Positions 1-9,900 of a stretch of 64,000 bases of DNA are shown piece by piece. Each line of letters begins with the position of its first letter. The stretch's first letter is position 1. Made by a program: the position numbers and the translations under genes. The DNA lies in contig CH464491.1 in NCBI GenBank assembly GCA_000002445.1, positions 2,816,001-2,880,000 on the forward strand, written 5' to 3'. The notes under the pieces are model-generated. The model was not told the DNA's origin, made no database searches, and saw only the letters and a program-made list of their open reading frames with translations. This stretch comes from Trypanosoma brucei. Its lineage: Eukaryota.

Positions 1-1
1 T

Positions 2-2275
2 TTGCTTCGACCTTTCATGCTTCGACGACTGAAAAAGGACGTGGAGGCACAGCTACCCTCCAAGACGGAGAAGGTCGTCATGTGCCGACTATCACGGCGA
101 CAGCGAATGCTCTACGATGATTATATGCAGCTGGCAGAAACGCGTGAGCGAATTAGCGGTGGGGCGCGCGGCGTATTGGGAGTTTTATTGGCACTCCGTA
201 AGGTCTGCAATCACCCAGATATGTTTGAGGAGCGGCGAACCGTTACGCCAATGGCCTTAGACCATCAAAGTGAGATTGTGATTGAAGTCCCACGAGATGT
301 CTTGCTTCGTGGAAATAACTACAGCGGCTGTTACAGGTTTCAGAAGTGGAGGTTATGCATCGACGATGTATCCCTCCCTTCCCAAAGAGGAGAACCGCAT
401 GACGTGGCACGTGTGGAGGACGGCACCTTATTCGACGATTCCTGGTTACATTGCACCAAGTTGTATGTACTGACAGTAGATCATTGGTGGAGGATGCAAG
501 AACAGGAAATCAGTCGGTACATCGCCAGATACTCGACTGATAACTTCCATTGGCCATCTGATGTGCCCCGGATCCCGCCAGGGAACGAAGGGTTGAGTGA
601 AGACATCATGTCGGTGATACAGAACTACGTAGAGGAAGAAATGATGACGACGGACCAACGCCGACGTATGACAACTACCATACAGGTAGAGCGGTATCAT
701 AGAATGAGTGCTTCAGTGTGTGTAGGGTACCCAAATTGTCTTCACATTGCTCTCCCATTCCAGGAACAAGAGGATGTGCGATGGGGCGAAGGGAAATGTT
801 GCGCTTTGTCGCACTTACCAAGGGGATTGAGGCCGACGTTGAGACAACGCGTCAACGCTGTTCTCCCCATAGCGTTTAAGGTTGCTGTCTACGTACCAGC
901 CGCGGTAGCCGCTCGACCTCCGCGGTTGCACTGTCGTCTACCGGTGGCCCATTATCAGTCATTCCGCGCACACTGCCGAAGGAGCCTTGCTCCGTTGCTT
1001 GCCATAGCTTTACCTCCACCAGCTTCGCAATTTTCTCGTAAGACGAGTAATCGCGCAAACTTATTTGATGCTTCGCCCTTTCTTTACGAGCTTTGGCCAC
1101 TCTACGTCCGTCGTTGCTTCAGCTTCCCAGACAGGCATCTGCTTATTCACGACTGTGGCAAACTGCAGTTCTTGAAACACTGCCTCAAGCAGCTGAGGCG
1201 GGAGGGGCATCGTATGCTTATATTCACACAGTTTGTTCACATGCTCAACATACTGGAACGCTTTTTAGCCCTTATCGGTTTGCCATACCTGCGTATTGAT
1301 GGTAGCACGCAGCCGGAGCGGCGCCAGGCATACGTCGACTGGTTCAATGAAGATGAACGCATTACGTGCATGATTTTGTCCACCCGCTCGGGCGGCATCG
1401 GACTCAACCTGACAGGAGCGGATACGGTGATTTTCTACGACAGCGACTGGAACCCTACAATGGATCTCCAAGCGCAGGACCGTTGCCACCGCATAGGACA
1501 AACAAAGCCGGTGACAATATATCGGCTTATCAGTGAGCATACCGTGGAAGAGAGTATTTTGCAAAAGGCACGCGAGCGGAAGAAACTCAACAATGTGGTC
1601 ATCCGTGGAGGGCAGTTCCATGCCATGGCAAACGTGGATGACGTCTATGAAGACACTAGTGCAGCCTTAGCTGCACTGTCGAATCCCGTGCAGTTGCGAA
1701 GCTTTTTCCACGATTTGGATGAAGACGCCACTGTCGTGGCGGACGACCCTCTTCCAGGCAACGGACACCAGGACAACGGTGGACGCTGTGACATTAAGGA
1801 AGGTAGCGGAACAGAAAACAACGAAGCAGTGGACATCCGTGTGGAAATGATGAGACTGGAGGATCAAGAGGATCGCGAGGCACAGCAGAATGTGGAGGAG
1901 GAACTGCGCAAGCTTGAGGAGCAGAAGCGGAACGATGAAGAGGAACTTGGTGATGAAGATAAAGATGAGGAGGATGAGGATGAGGACGGGCACCCACAGC
2001 AAAGGAGAGGCGAAGGAAGAGAGGAAGGGGAAATGATGGCAGACCCGATGGTTGCCGTCAGCCTCATGTCGGGACGCGGATCGCCCGCTGTGCTCCAGAA
2101 ACGACGTGACATATTGAGGCGTCAGCGGACTCCCCTCGACCAATTGCTGTCGCTGCAGTACGCTGTTTGCCACAACGTCGAAGCGCGACGGCGTTACGCT
2201 GGGTTGTGTGAAAGTTACGCACGGCAAGTAGGTGAAGATGAGTTGCCTCTATTTACGGAAACATTTAACTCGTAA
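2..2275 (+). CDS. SNF2-family chromatin-remodelling ATPase, C-terminal part (SWR1/INO80-like split ATPase); 5' end truncated by window edge
   Basis: The ORF is open from window position 2. The N-terminal residues 'LRPFMLRRLKKDVEAQLP' match the end of the SNF2_N lobe. After an insertion of about 280 aa comes a clear Helicase_C lobe ('LIFTQFVHMLNILERF...GGIGLNLTGADTVIFYDSDWNPTMDLQAQDRCHRIGQTKPVTIYRLISEHTVEESI'). An acidic Glu/Asp-rich tail follows. Confidence 0.8.
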   Translation: MLRPFMLRRLKKDVEAQLPSKTEKVVMCRLSRRQRMLYDDYMQLAETRERISGGARGVLGVLLALRKVCNHPDMFEERRTVTPMALDHQSEIVIEVPRDVLLRGNNYSGCYRFQKWRLCIDDVSLPSQRGEPHDVARVEDGTLFDDSWLHCTKLYVLTVDHWWRMQEQEISRYIARYSTDNFHWPSDVPRIPPGNEGLSEDIMSVIQNYVEEEMMTTDQRRRMTTTIQVERYHRMSASVCVGYPNCLHIALPFQEQEDVRWGEGKCCALSHLPRGLRPTLRQRVNAVLPIAFKVAVYVPAAVAARPPRLHCRLPVAHYQSFRAHCRRSLAPLLAIALPPPASQFSRKTSNRANLFDASPFLYELWPLYVRRCFSFPDRHLLIHDCGKLQFLKHCLKQLRREGHRMLIFTQFVHMLNILERFLALIGLPYLRIDGSTQPERRQAYVDWFNEDERITCMILSTRSGGIGLNLTGADTVIFYDSDWNPTMDLQAQDRCHRIGQTKPVTIYRLISEHTVEESILQKARERKKLNNVVIRGGQFHAMANVDDVYEDTSAALAALSNPVQLRSFFHDLDEDATVVADDPLPGNGHQDNGGRCDIKEGSGTENNEAVDIRVEMMRLEDQEDREAQQNVEEELRKLEEQKRNDEEELGDEDKDEEDEDEDGHPQQRRGEGREEGEMMADPMVAVSLMSGRGSPAVLQKRRDILRRQRTPLDQLLSLQYAVCHNVEARRRYAGLCESYARQVGEDELPLFTETFNS

Positions 2276-2913
2276 TTCCAGCGAAGGAAAAAGGAGAGTG
2301 CCCGAAGAGGGGTGTGAGGTTCCGAGGGCACGGTCTTGCGATGCCTTGTGCTCCTCCCGCTCGTCGTTTTGTATGTTTTTACAGGTACCCAGCTTATTTT
2401 GCCATGAACGTTCATCGGGACGAACAAAACGGCGGGTTGGCGCATGCACCGGAGAGTTTGTCGGTTGTAGGTCATCGATCCAAGAAGCCGGAGCTGGAAA
2501 TGATTTCGGAATACCCGAGGGCGCACGTAATGAGACGTGACCCCGAGGTATGCGTTCCGGGCGGCGTTTTTAGCGGGCCTCGGCGCTACAACTCACTTTT
2601 GTCTTCGGTCCTGGATCCGTTGTGCGCTGCAACACGGACCCTATCAATGTCCGCCTGTCCTCCTGTATTTGCACTGCTTCACCCTGTATCGCAAGTCGTG
2701 GCCGTTTAATAATGAAGTGCCATACCGCGACGCATTTCGTTGAGTGTGGCTTGGCCCTGGAGCCCGCTTGACTTACAGTGTGGCTCCTTCTGTTTTTTGG
2801 GGACAAAAACGTAAAAATCCCACCTCCCCCCCCCTCATGGTTCTGTTGTACCCGAATTTAAGACGCGTTTGCACGTGTGAAGAACGTATGTGTGACGGTT
2901 TTCCGAATAAAGG

Positions 2914-2977
2914 TCTCTCTATCCCCCCTTCTCCTTTTGTAACCACTGTTCCGGTTGTTCCCCTGTATGCACGGTAG
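2914..2977 (+). promoter_or_regulatory. polypyrimidine tract + AG upstream of VPS28
   Basis: 'tctctctatcccccccttctccttttgtaaccactgttccggttgttcccctgtatgcacggtag' lies about 86 nt upstream of the ATG at 3063. Confidence 0.5.
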
Positions 2978-3062
2978 TGAGGGAAACGTGAACCGGTGCA
3001 CTGGTGAGTCGTGCATTAGTAAGAAAGGGAACCATAGTAGCAGCGCAGGCATATAGATTGAA

Positions 3063-3719
3063 ATGGAAGTGGCATTCACCATTTCGCCGGGAGAACGGCA
3101 ACATGTGGAATATCTTGCAGACCTATTTGCAATTATTCTCGCGATTGAGAAAGTGGAGAAGGCCACGTTACGCGATATCATTACGCAAGAACAATACAGT
3201 TCTACCATTACACGGTTGTTAGACAAGTACAAGTCTACTGTTACCTACCTCGAACAAAGTCGCAATCCGTTCTACTCCACTATTGACTCGTTTTGGGAGA
3301 ACTACGGTTCTAGGTGTCCCGCTGCCCGCACGCGCATTCAGCTTTCGTTTGATGACGCCAAGCAACAACAACAACAGCAGCAAGACAGTGATGTTAATGG
3401 TACTGTGGATCCTAGGCTAGTGCTAGAGTGTGGTCAGCACTTCATTACACTAATGGATTCGCTAAAACTACAACAAACGGCGGTTGATCAGTTGTACACG
3501 TTACTTGCAGACCTTGTGCGTGGCTTGCAGCGGCTTGGTGTCACAGATCAGAGCTTCTTTCACCGTCTTACGACGTGGAAAGAAAAGTTTGATACCATGA
3601 ATGCCTCAGACGAACTGAGTGAACGGGACACACGCGAGTTTGCGTTTGTTTTGGAGTGTGGCTACCAGGCCTTCCACGCGTACCTTAGCGAGTCATCTGC
3701 GCGACGGCCAAAGGCGTAA
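3063..3719 (+). CDS. VPS28: Vps28 (ESCRT-I subunit)
   Basis: The N-terminal block 'YLADLFAIILAIEKVEKATLRDIITQEQYSSTITRLLDKYK' aligns with the Vps28 N-domain (compare '[22 protein letters not shown]...YTAACSRLLVQYK'). The C-terminal 'MNASDELSERDTREFAFVLECGYQAFHAYL' matches the Vps28 C-domain 'SASDELDDSQVRQMLFDLESAYNAFNRFL'. A polyY tract with AG lies about 90 nt upstream. Confidence 0.75.
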   Translation: MEVAFTISPGERQHVEYLADLFAIILAIEKVEKATLRDIITQEQYSSTITRLLDKYKSTVTYLEQSRNPFYSTIDSFWENYGSRCPAARTRIQLSFDDAKQQQQQQQDSDVNGTVDPRLVLECGQHFITLMDSLKLQQTAVDQLYTLLADLVRGLQRLGVTDQSFFHRLTTWKEKFDTMNASDELSERDTREFAFVLECGYQAFHAYLSESSARRPKA

Positions 3720-3987
3720 CGCATCTAATGGGCTGTGAAAGCATTAGGTAGAATTAGTCAAGGAGGAAATTGCTGAAGCCTAAGTTGGAGGATTGGAGGT
3801 TTCCTTTACAGACTTGGGCGTTACACTTGAGGTGTGGAGTTAGCACAGATTCATTGATATCGTTCTCTTCTTTCGATGCACAAGCGTCGTTGCCGTCAAG
3901 TAAGAAAATAAATCATCCTGGCACTTTTGGTACTCCACTCGTTTTTTTTGTTAAGTCCACAAAGAAAGTAGAAAGGGCGACCATTGC

Positions 3988-5733
3988 ATGTCACGCTACA
4001 TCCCACCACACCGAAAACGCGCCAGTGAAGTTGAGAGCGGCAATAGTAAAGGCCCTGGAGATGAGACCGTCCAGCACGAGGCCTGGCGGGCACTAGGCCG
4101 CAGCATCACAGGTATTGTGAACAGAGTGAGCGGTGAAAATGTTGAATTATCGGCAACAGAGCTGTTCCGTGAAAATATAATTCGCGGTCGCGGGCTGCTC
4201 TGTCGTAGTCTTATGCGGGCGCAGTTGGTCAACCCTGACATAACAAACGTGCTTGCAGCACTTGTAAGTCGCGTGAACAAAGAGGTCTCCACTGTCGGGG
4301 CCCTACTATGCAAGCGGCTCGTGGTACAGTGGCGGCGGCTACATCGGCGAAAAGACTGGGAAGGCTTGCGATGCGTAAGTCGTTTCATTGGGTGGTTGTA
4401 CGTGTTCAATATAGTAAACGTGGAGGTCGTCTATCAAATCATGCTCACACACCTTACGGCGGAGCCGCGTACTGACGATGACGTTGACCAAGCGGCCTCA
4501 TTGTTCCGTGAGACGTTCCGCTCCATGTCACAGCGTGCTGTCTCCGAATTCCACATGCACGTGCTGACGCCTATCCGTGACCTACTTGCAATGGACAACG
4601 ACGAGTGGCGGCTCTCAGCGCGTGCCCAAACACTACTAGAGGGATGTTTACACGAAGTACAGCAGTGGGAGCGCGTGAAACATTCGATGAGTATAATCCC
4701 GGAGCACCTCCTTTTAGTGGATCCCACAGGACAGAACTGCCACGAGGTGGACTTGGAGGAAGTGACGGAAGCAGAAACAGAGGAAAAACTTGACCGCTTC
4801 GTCTACGACTCGGAGTATGAAGCCCACGAAGAAGCTTATGAGAAGGTGCGTTGCGCAATTCTGGGCGATAACTGGGAGGCGGAGTTGTTGGAGGGGATCG
4901 TTGCCGCAGAAGATGCTGATGAAGAGGAAGAGGAGGGGGAGGGAGCGGAAGAACAAGGGGAGACGCAAGGCGGTGTTGACCCATCTAAACAACTTATTGA
5001 TGAGCGGGAGCGGCAAATTCGCAGGGAGGTGTACATGGCGATGCGTAGTAGCGTTCGGGCGGACGAAGTGGTGCACAAGATACTGAAGTCCATTCAACCG
5101 GATGCGGAACGTACCGTGTGCTTTATGGTGATAGAAGGCTCTTCTGAGGAGACCTCCTACAGGAAGATATACGGTATGGTAGCAGAACGACTGTGTAAAA
5201 GCAACACGAAGTTTCAAGGATATTTTGCAGAGGCGTTCCGTCTGCGGTACACGCGTGCCGAGGATCTAGAGGAAAAACAGATCGAGTACACATGCAAAAT
5301 TTATGTCCACTTACTCAGGACGGATTCACTCCCATGGCACAAGTGTCTTTCCGTACTTGATATTGTTGAAAACAACATGTCACAGCGTCTAGTCATTCAG
5401 TGGCTTCTACAGGGGCTTGCAGAGGCAATGGGAATGCGTGCACTCATAAAGAGGTTTGAAGACGACAAGGAATTGAGAATCAGCACACACAAACTCTTTC
5501 CCATAGACTCAAACACTTCCGAAGAGGAACTGGAGCGGGCGGTTAATATGTTTGAGGCAATGGGGTTGGGTGACTTGGGAAGTAAAACAAGAGGACGGCT
5601 GGAAGAGATCCGCGCCGCAAGACGAGCGAACAGCAGTCACCATTACTACGGGGCTTCGGGTGATCCTAGTTATTGTGACAATCAAAAGAAACCCAGCAAG
5701 CGACTTCGCGATGGCGCACTGGAGTACGCGTGA
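3988..5733 (+). CDS. CWC22: pre-mRNA splicing factor CWC22 homologue (MIF4G + MA3 domains)
   Basis: 'ENIIRGRGLLCRSLMRAQLVNPDITNVLAALVSRVNKEVSTVGALLCKRLVVQWRRLHRRKDWEGL' parallels the human CWC22 MIF4G region ('[64 protein letters not shown]'). The MA3 region 'HLLRTDSLPWHKCLSVLDIVENN' parallels 'HLLYTDSLPWSVLECIKLSEE'. An acidic linker lies between the two domains. Confidence 0.75.
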   Translation: MSRYIPPHRKRASEVESGNSKGPGDETVQHEAWRALGRSITGIVNRVSGENVELSATELFRENIIRGRGLLCRSLMRAQLVNPDITNVLAALVSRVNKEVSTVGALLCKRLVVQWRRLHRRKDWEGLRCVSRFIGWLYVFNIVNVEVVYQIMLTHLTAEPRTDDDVDQAASLFRETFRSMSQRAVSEFHMHVLTPIRDLLAMDNDEWRLSARAQTLLEGCLHEVQQWERVKHSMSIIPEHLLLVDPTGQNCHEVDLEEVTEAETEEKLDRFVYDSEYEAHEEAYEKVRCAILGDNWEAELLEGIVAAEDADEEEEEGEGAEEQGETQGGVDPSKQLIDERERQIRREVYMAMRSSVRADEVVHKILKSIQPDAERTVCFMVIEGSSEETSYRKIYGMVAERLCKSNTKFQGYFAEAFRLRYTRAEDLEEKQIEYTCKIYVHLLRTDSLPWHKCLSVLDIVENNMSQRLVIQWLLQGLAEAMGMRALIKRFEDDKELRISTHKLFPIDSNTSEEELERAVNMFEAMGLGDLGSKTRGRLEEIRAARRANSSHHYYGASGDPSYCDNQKKPSKRLRDGALEYA

Positions 5734-6308
5734 GTGAGAATCTGTCATGACTTGTGGAGGCCAACTTTCGTATGTGGAAAAGAGGCAACTTTTTATTTTT
5801 CCAACAGTACTGCATTAACGTGCAGTGTTGTCTAAAACCGTAAGGGTTTCGGATGGACCCTTTTCCCTTCGAGTTAAAGGTTAGGGATAAGGAAATTCCC
5901 CATAGGATGATACCGCGCACTCATGCAGCGTTCGTTTACTTTGGTGTAACTTGTTGTGGAGAGCACTGGCGTTGTTTCTTGTGTTGTTGTTTGCGCTGTT
6001 TGACGGGCTCTTGATCACTAGGCAAAAACAATTTTTTTTTCTTAACTGTACTTCTGTCTGTTGTAAGACGAATAAATTTTAGATATTTGAATTTCCTGAA
6101 ATAATATATTACGGGTAGTTTAGAAAAGGCAAACTTACAAAAAGAAAATAAAGAGAGGAAAACAACACTATTAGACAGCACCGTACCAGTTACATACGCC
6201 TAAATATTTTATTTGGTAAACACATATTTAGAAGAAAAGAAAGTGTGTTTCGGAAAGGAAAGAAATTTGTCAAGGGGAAAGTCAAAGTCATAATAGTAAC
6301 CTATTGAA

Positions 6309-8162
6309 ATGCAAGCCGACACATTTGCTTATGCGCGTGTGGTCGTGCGAGTTCGGCCCTTCACCGACGAAGAGGCGAAGGTCTGTCCTGAGGACAGTCC
6401 CGTTCCGCGGGAAATTGTTGTTTGGGATGGAAACAGGACCTTAACAGTTCTCGATGCTACCAACGAGTTTCTACCACGCAAAAACGGAAAGTTTGAAGTG
6501 CAAAAAGTGATGTGGTCTTTTGTGGACGACTACCAACCAAGCGCGGTGGTACATAAACAAAAGGATGTTTACGACGCAATTATGAAACCTGCTATTGGGC
6601 GTATCCTAGACGGGCAAAACACCGCGTTTTGTGTAATGGGAGGGGCGGGGAGCGGGCGTGTGTATTCTCTCTACGGCAATAGCGTCGATGGATTAGAGGG
6701 CGGCATTCTTCCACGCTTTACTGACGAAATATTGGCCGCCTTCAAGCGCGAAAAGCGGGAGGACAGCACTGTCAAGTGCCAAGTTGAGGCAATTGATGTG
6801 TCCAACGAGACCTATGTGGATCTGCTTTCGCCAAAGCGTAAACCCGGGGCTAACGCTCAACAGGAGTACAAACTCGTACTTGATCCAGTGGAGGGTACCA
6901 AACTTCAGGGGGTGACGCGCGTTGATGTGCAAAAACCGGCCGACATGCTAAACATAGTGAGGCAGCTGTCGCAAGTGGTGCCCAAGCGTAACTCCTGTCA
7001 CACTGTCACTCTACGCATTGTTGAGTCCTTTCAGTTCACTGATCCCGAGCAAGGTCAGGCAGTCACAATGTCACGTCGCGTAAACGTTCTTTTTGCCCTT
7101 TTGCGGAACATGCCGCTCGGTTTCCAGCGCTGCGTTGACATTGCTGTGGAGCGTGACAGTGGTGAGAACCCTTTGGGGAAGGTGCCAACACGCGACACGG
7201 CTTTTACGAAGCTCTTCCCTGACTTACTGCAGCACGGCTACCACTTGAATTTCCTTTGCTGCGTCAGCCCCTTCTATGAGCATGTCCGTGAGACGATGCA
7301 GACGCTTACAGTAGCAACGAAGTTATCGAAACTGAAATGCAGCCCGAAGCGCTCACAAGATGAGGCACTGGTTCAACTGCGAACACTGGCTGCAGAGGTA
7401 AAGAATCTTAAGTCCGAGATGGTAAAGCAATCAGAGTCCACGAAGATTGTACAAAATGAACTCAATGCACGTGAATTGGCGTTGATGAAGCAGGAAGCCG
7501 CCCACCATGAATGCCGGAACAAGTTGTTGGCATCTTCAGAGAGATTGAGCATAGCAAGGACAGCGTTCAAGTTGAATGTGATCCGCACGGCAGTGCATCG
7601 CAAGAAGTTCCAAGATTCGGTGAGCAAGTTAAGGCGGGCTTTGGCGGATGTGGAGGTGGAAAAGGACAAAGCGGACGCCAATATGGTTGCGGCATCCCGT
7701 GAGACGGGGGAAATTGAAAAGAGGATACTGCACACAAATAGGCAAATCAAAACTCAGGAAGAAGTTAATGCTGTGTGCGAGGAAAAGGTTCAGAAGCGGG
7801 TTGATGGCGAAACGAAGTTGAAGAAGATCCTCGCATTCTTGAATGCATCTCCCGAGGAGAGGTTGCGCCTAATCGAGATGGACGTGGAGGCCAAAGAGCA
7901 AGGGCGGGCTGAAGAGGAGCAGCTGGAAAAGGAAATGGCAAAGATCACAAAGGAACTTGAGGAAATGGAGGCACGTTGCCGGGCTATCGAAAAGGAATTC
8001 GAATCGGTGCATCAAAAGGAGGGGGTAACCCGTGAGAAGGTGGACCTAAAGGCGAGACTCAGCAGTATGGAAAAGGATATCGCGGGAAAGGAAGAAGAAA
8101 ACAGGCAGCTGAGGATTCAGGCCGAGACTAAGTCTTCAGGATGCCAGTGTGTTACCATGTAA
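6309..8162 (+). CDS. kinesin-like protein with degenerate motor domain and C-terminal coiled coil
   Basis: The N-terminus 'VVRVRPFTDEE' is kinesin-like. A P-loop-like 'MGGAGSGRVYSLYG' stands at the position of the kinesin 'GQTGSGKTYTM'. The C-terminal 250 aa are strongly coiled-coil (E/K/L-rich). Switch motifs are not recognisable. Confidence 0.55.
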   Translation: MQADTFAYARVVVRVRPFTDEEAKVCPEDSPVPREIVVWDGNRTLTVLDATNEFLPRKNGKFEVQKVMWSFVDDYQPSAVVHKQKDVYDAIMKPAIGRILDGQNTAFCVMGGAGSGRVYSLYGNSVDGLEGGILPRFTDEILAAFKREKREDSTVKCQVEAIDVSNETYVDLLSPKRKPGANAQQEYKLVLDPVEGTKLQGVTRVDVQKPADMLNIVRQLSQVVPKRNSCHTVTLRIVESFQFTDPEQGQAVTMSRRVNVLFALLRNMPLGFQRCVDIAVERDSGENPLGKVPTRDTAFTKLFPDLLQHGYHLNFLCCVSPFYEHVRETMQTLTVATKLSKLKCSPKRSQDEALVQLRTLAAEVKNLKSEMVKQSESTKIVQNELNARELALMKQEAAHHECRNKLLASSERLSIARTAFKLNVIRTAVHRKKFQDSVSKLRRALADVEVEKDKADANMVAASRETGEIEKRILHTNRQIKTQEEVNAVCEEKVQKRVDGETKLKKILAFLNASPEERLRLIEMDVEAKEQGRAEEEQLEKEMAKITKELEEMEARCRAIEKEFESVHQKEGVTREKVDLKARLSSMEKDIAGKEEENRQLRIQAETKSSGCQCVTM

Positions 8163-8313
8163 GCGCGTAGACGTTTGCTGTACTCCTCCATACCGTTTCC
8201 ATGGTGCATCGTTCAAACGTCCAAGCCAGAATCCGTTAATACACCCCGCGGTTTGCGGGTGACATACTGCGCGTGGGTCCACATGATATACCCACCTGCT
8301 TTTGTAATTATAT

Positions 8314-8315
<2 letters not shown>

Positions 8316-8353
<38 letters not shown>
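8316..8353. repeat. (GT)n microsatellite
   Basis: About 19 GT dinucleotides directly downstream of the kinesin-like gene. Confidence 0.95.
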
Positions 8354-8356
<3 letters not shown>

Positions 8357-9900
8357 AATTAGGAAGTGGCAGCTTTGGTTGGTTGGTGAGTGAAGAAAGA
8401 GGAAGGGAGGTTCGTTGGAAGGAAATTATTCATCGCCATTTCCAAGTCTGTAAACACAGAAGAACCTCACGGCCACCACCATAAAACTCGTATCTGAGAT
8501 ATTTGTTTCCAGATAGAACTACTGTATAAGAAAGAGAAATAACAAGGTCCGTTCTTTTTTTCTATTTCTACTATTCAATAGGACAAGAAAACGGAGCACC
8601 GTGGGCCCTTTCGGAGTCGAAGGGATGACAGTTGACGACGGTAGAGAGAATATAGCAAGGGGAAAATAGATGAGCAGTGGGTCGCGGCGCAAGCGTCAGG
8701 AATGCAACCCACACACCAACATCATTTGTGTTTTCGGTGGTTAACCAACTTCAACCGTTTCATGCGTAAACTAAAAAAAAAAAACGGCCGCGGTCGTAAA
8801 TGGAGGAAGCGTGTCGAAGGGTAAAGGGGAGCTACCACCAGTCTCAGGGAAGGGAAGAAAAAAGAAGATGTTTTGGAGGCGTTGAGAAAGAACTGAGGAA
8901 GTAAAGTGGGTCTCTTGTTCTTTTTTTTTTCATTTTCTGCTTGTTTGTTTGCCGCCAAAAATCAAAAAGGTATGAACCACTGCAGAGTCGAAGGTGGTGC
9001 AGGAGAAATAAAGGAGTGTACATGGCCACGAACTTGTACATCAATTCACATCGACGTCCCATCGGTTCGGAATCGTTTTCTCTTCTATCTTTGGAAACGT
9101 CTTCCTTACTTGTGTATTTTTTTTTTCAGAATTTTCGGCCGTTATCATTTTTTCTAGTCTTGTTCGTCCATTTCCCCCCTTCTTTGATATCCCACTCTCT
9201 GTTGGTTGATTTTGTTCCGTCACCTCAACAAACATTACGTGGTCCCTCACACCCTGCAAGCCTACGGAAAACTCGATAAATATGATAAAGTTGGTATTTT
9301 TTTTTTCTTGCCCTCTTCCTCTTTCGACTGGCAGACTTAACAAGGGTTACGATTAGAAGGGTTTATATTAATACGTGTGCGTCTTGTGTATTTGATAGGC
9401 TCATTTTTCATCAACTGGTGGCTGCTTGTTCGTTTGTTTGGTGTGAGGAAATGCGACTCTGGGGGTTCCTCATGTGGACTCTGGAAAGTAACTCATGTTA
9501 CTGATGGGGAGGTGTAATACTTGCCCTCTGTTGTAGTTTGCCTCTTCCGGTTATTCGATCCTCGGGCACTTCCCCTGTGGCGTTTCCCTGACCTGGGGGA
9601 AATGAGAAGCTGTGAGAAGATTTGGACTGGTGAAATACAAAAAAAAAATTGGTTAAAGGAATGGAAGGCGACGGTAAAACAAGTAGAGAAGAAGCCGCTT
9701 CCGTGGATGCCGGAGTGCTGTACGGATTTCGTTTTCAACCCACTGTGTGCACTTATGTATGCACGCACGTAGGAAATGTTTGTTTGGTAAAGAATGAATC
9801 TGTTTCGCCCTTTTCTCCTTCTCGTTTTGTGTGACTTTAACCAGGGAAAAAAGGGGGGAATCGAAAAGAAAAAAGAGAAAAAAGAGGGAAAACAAAAAGA

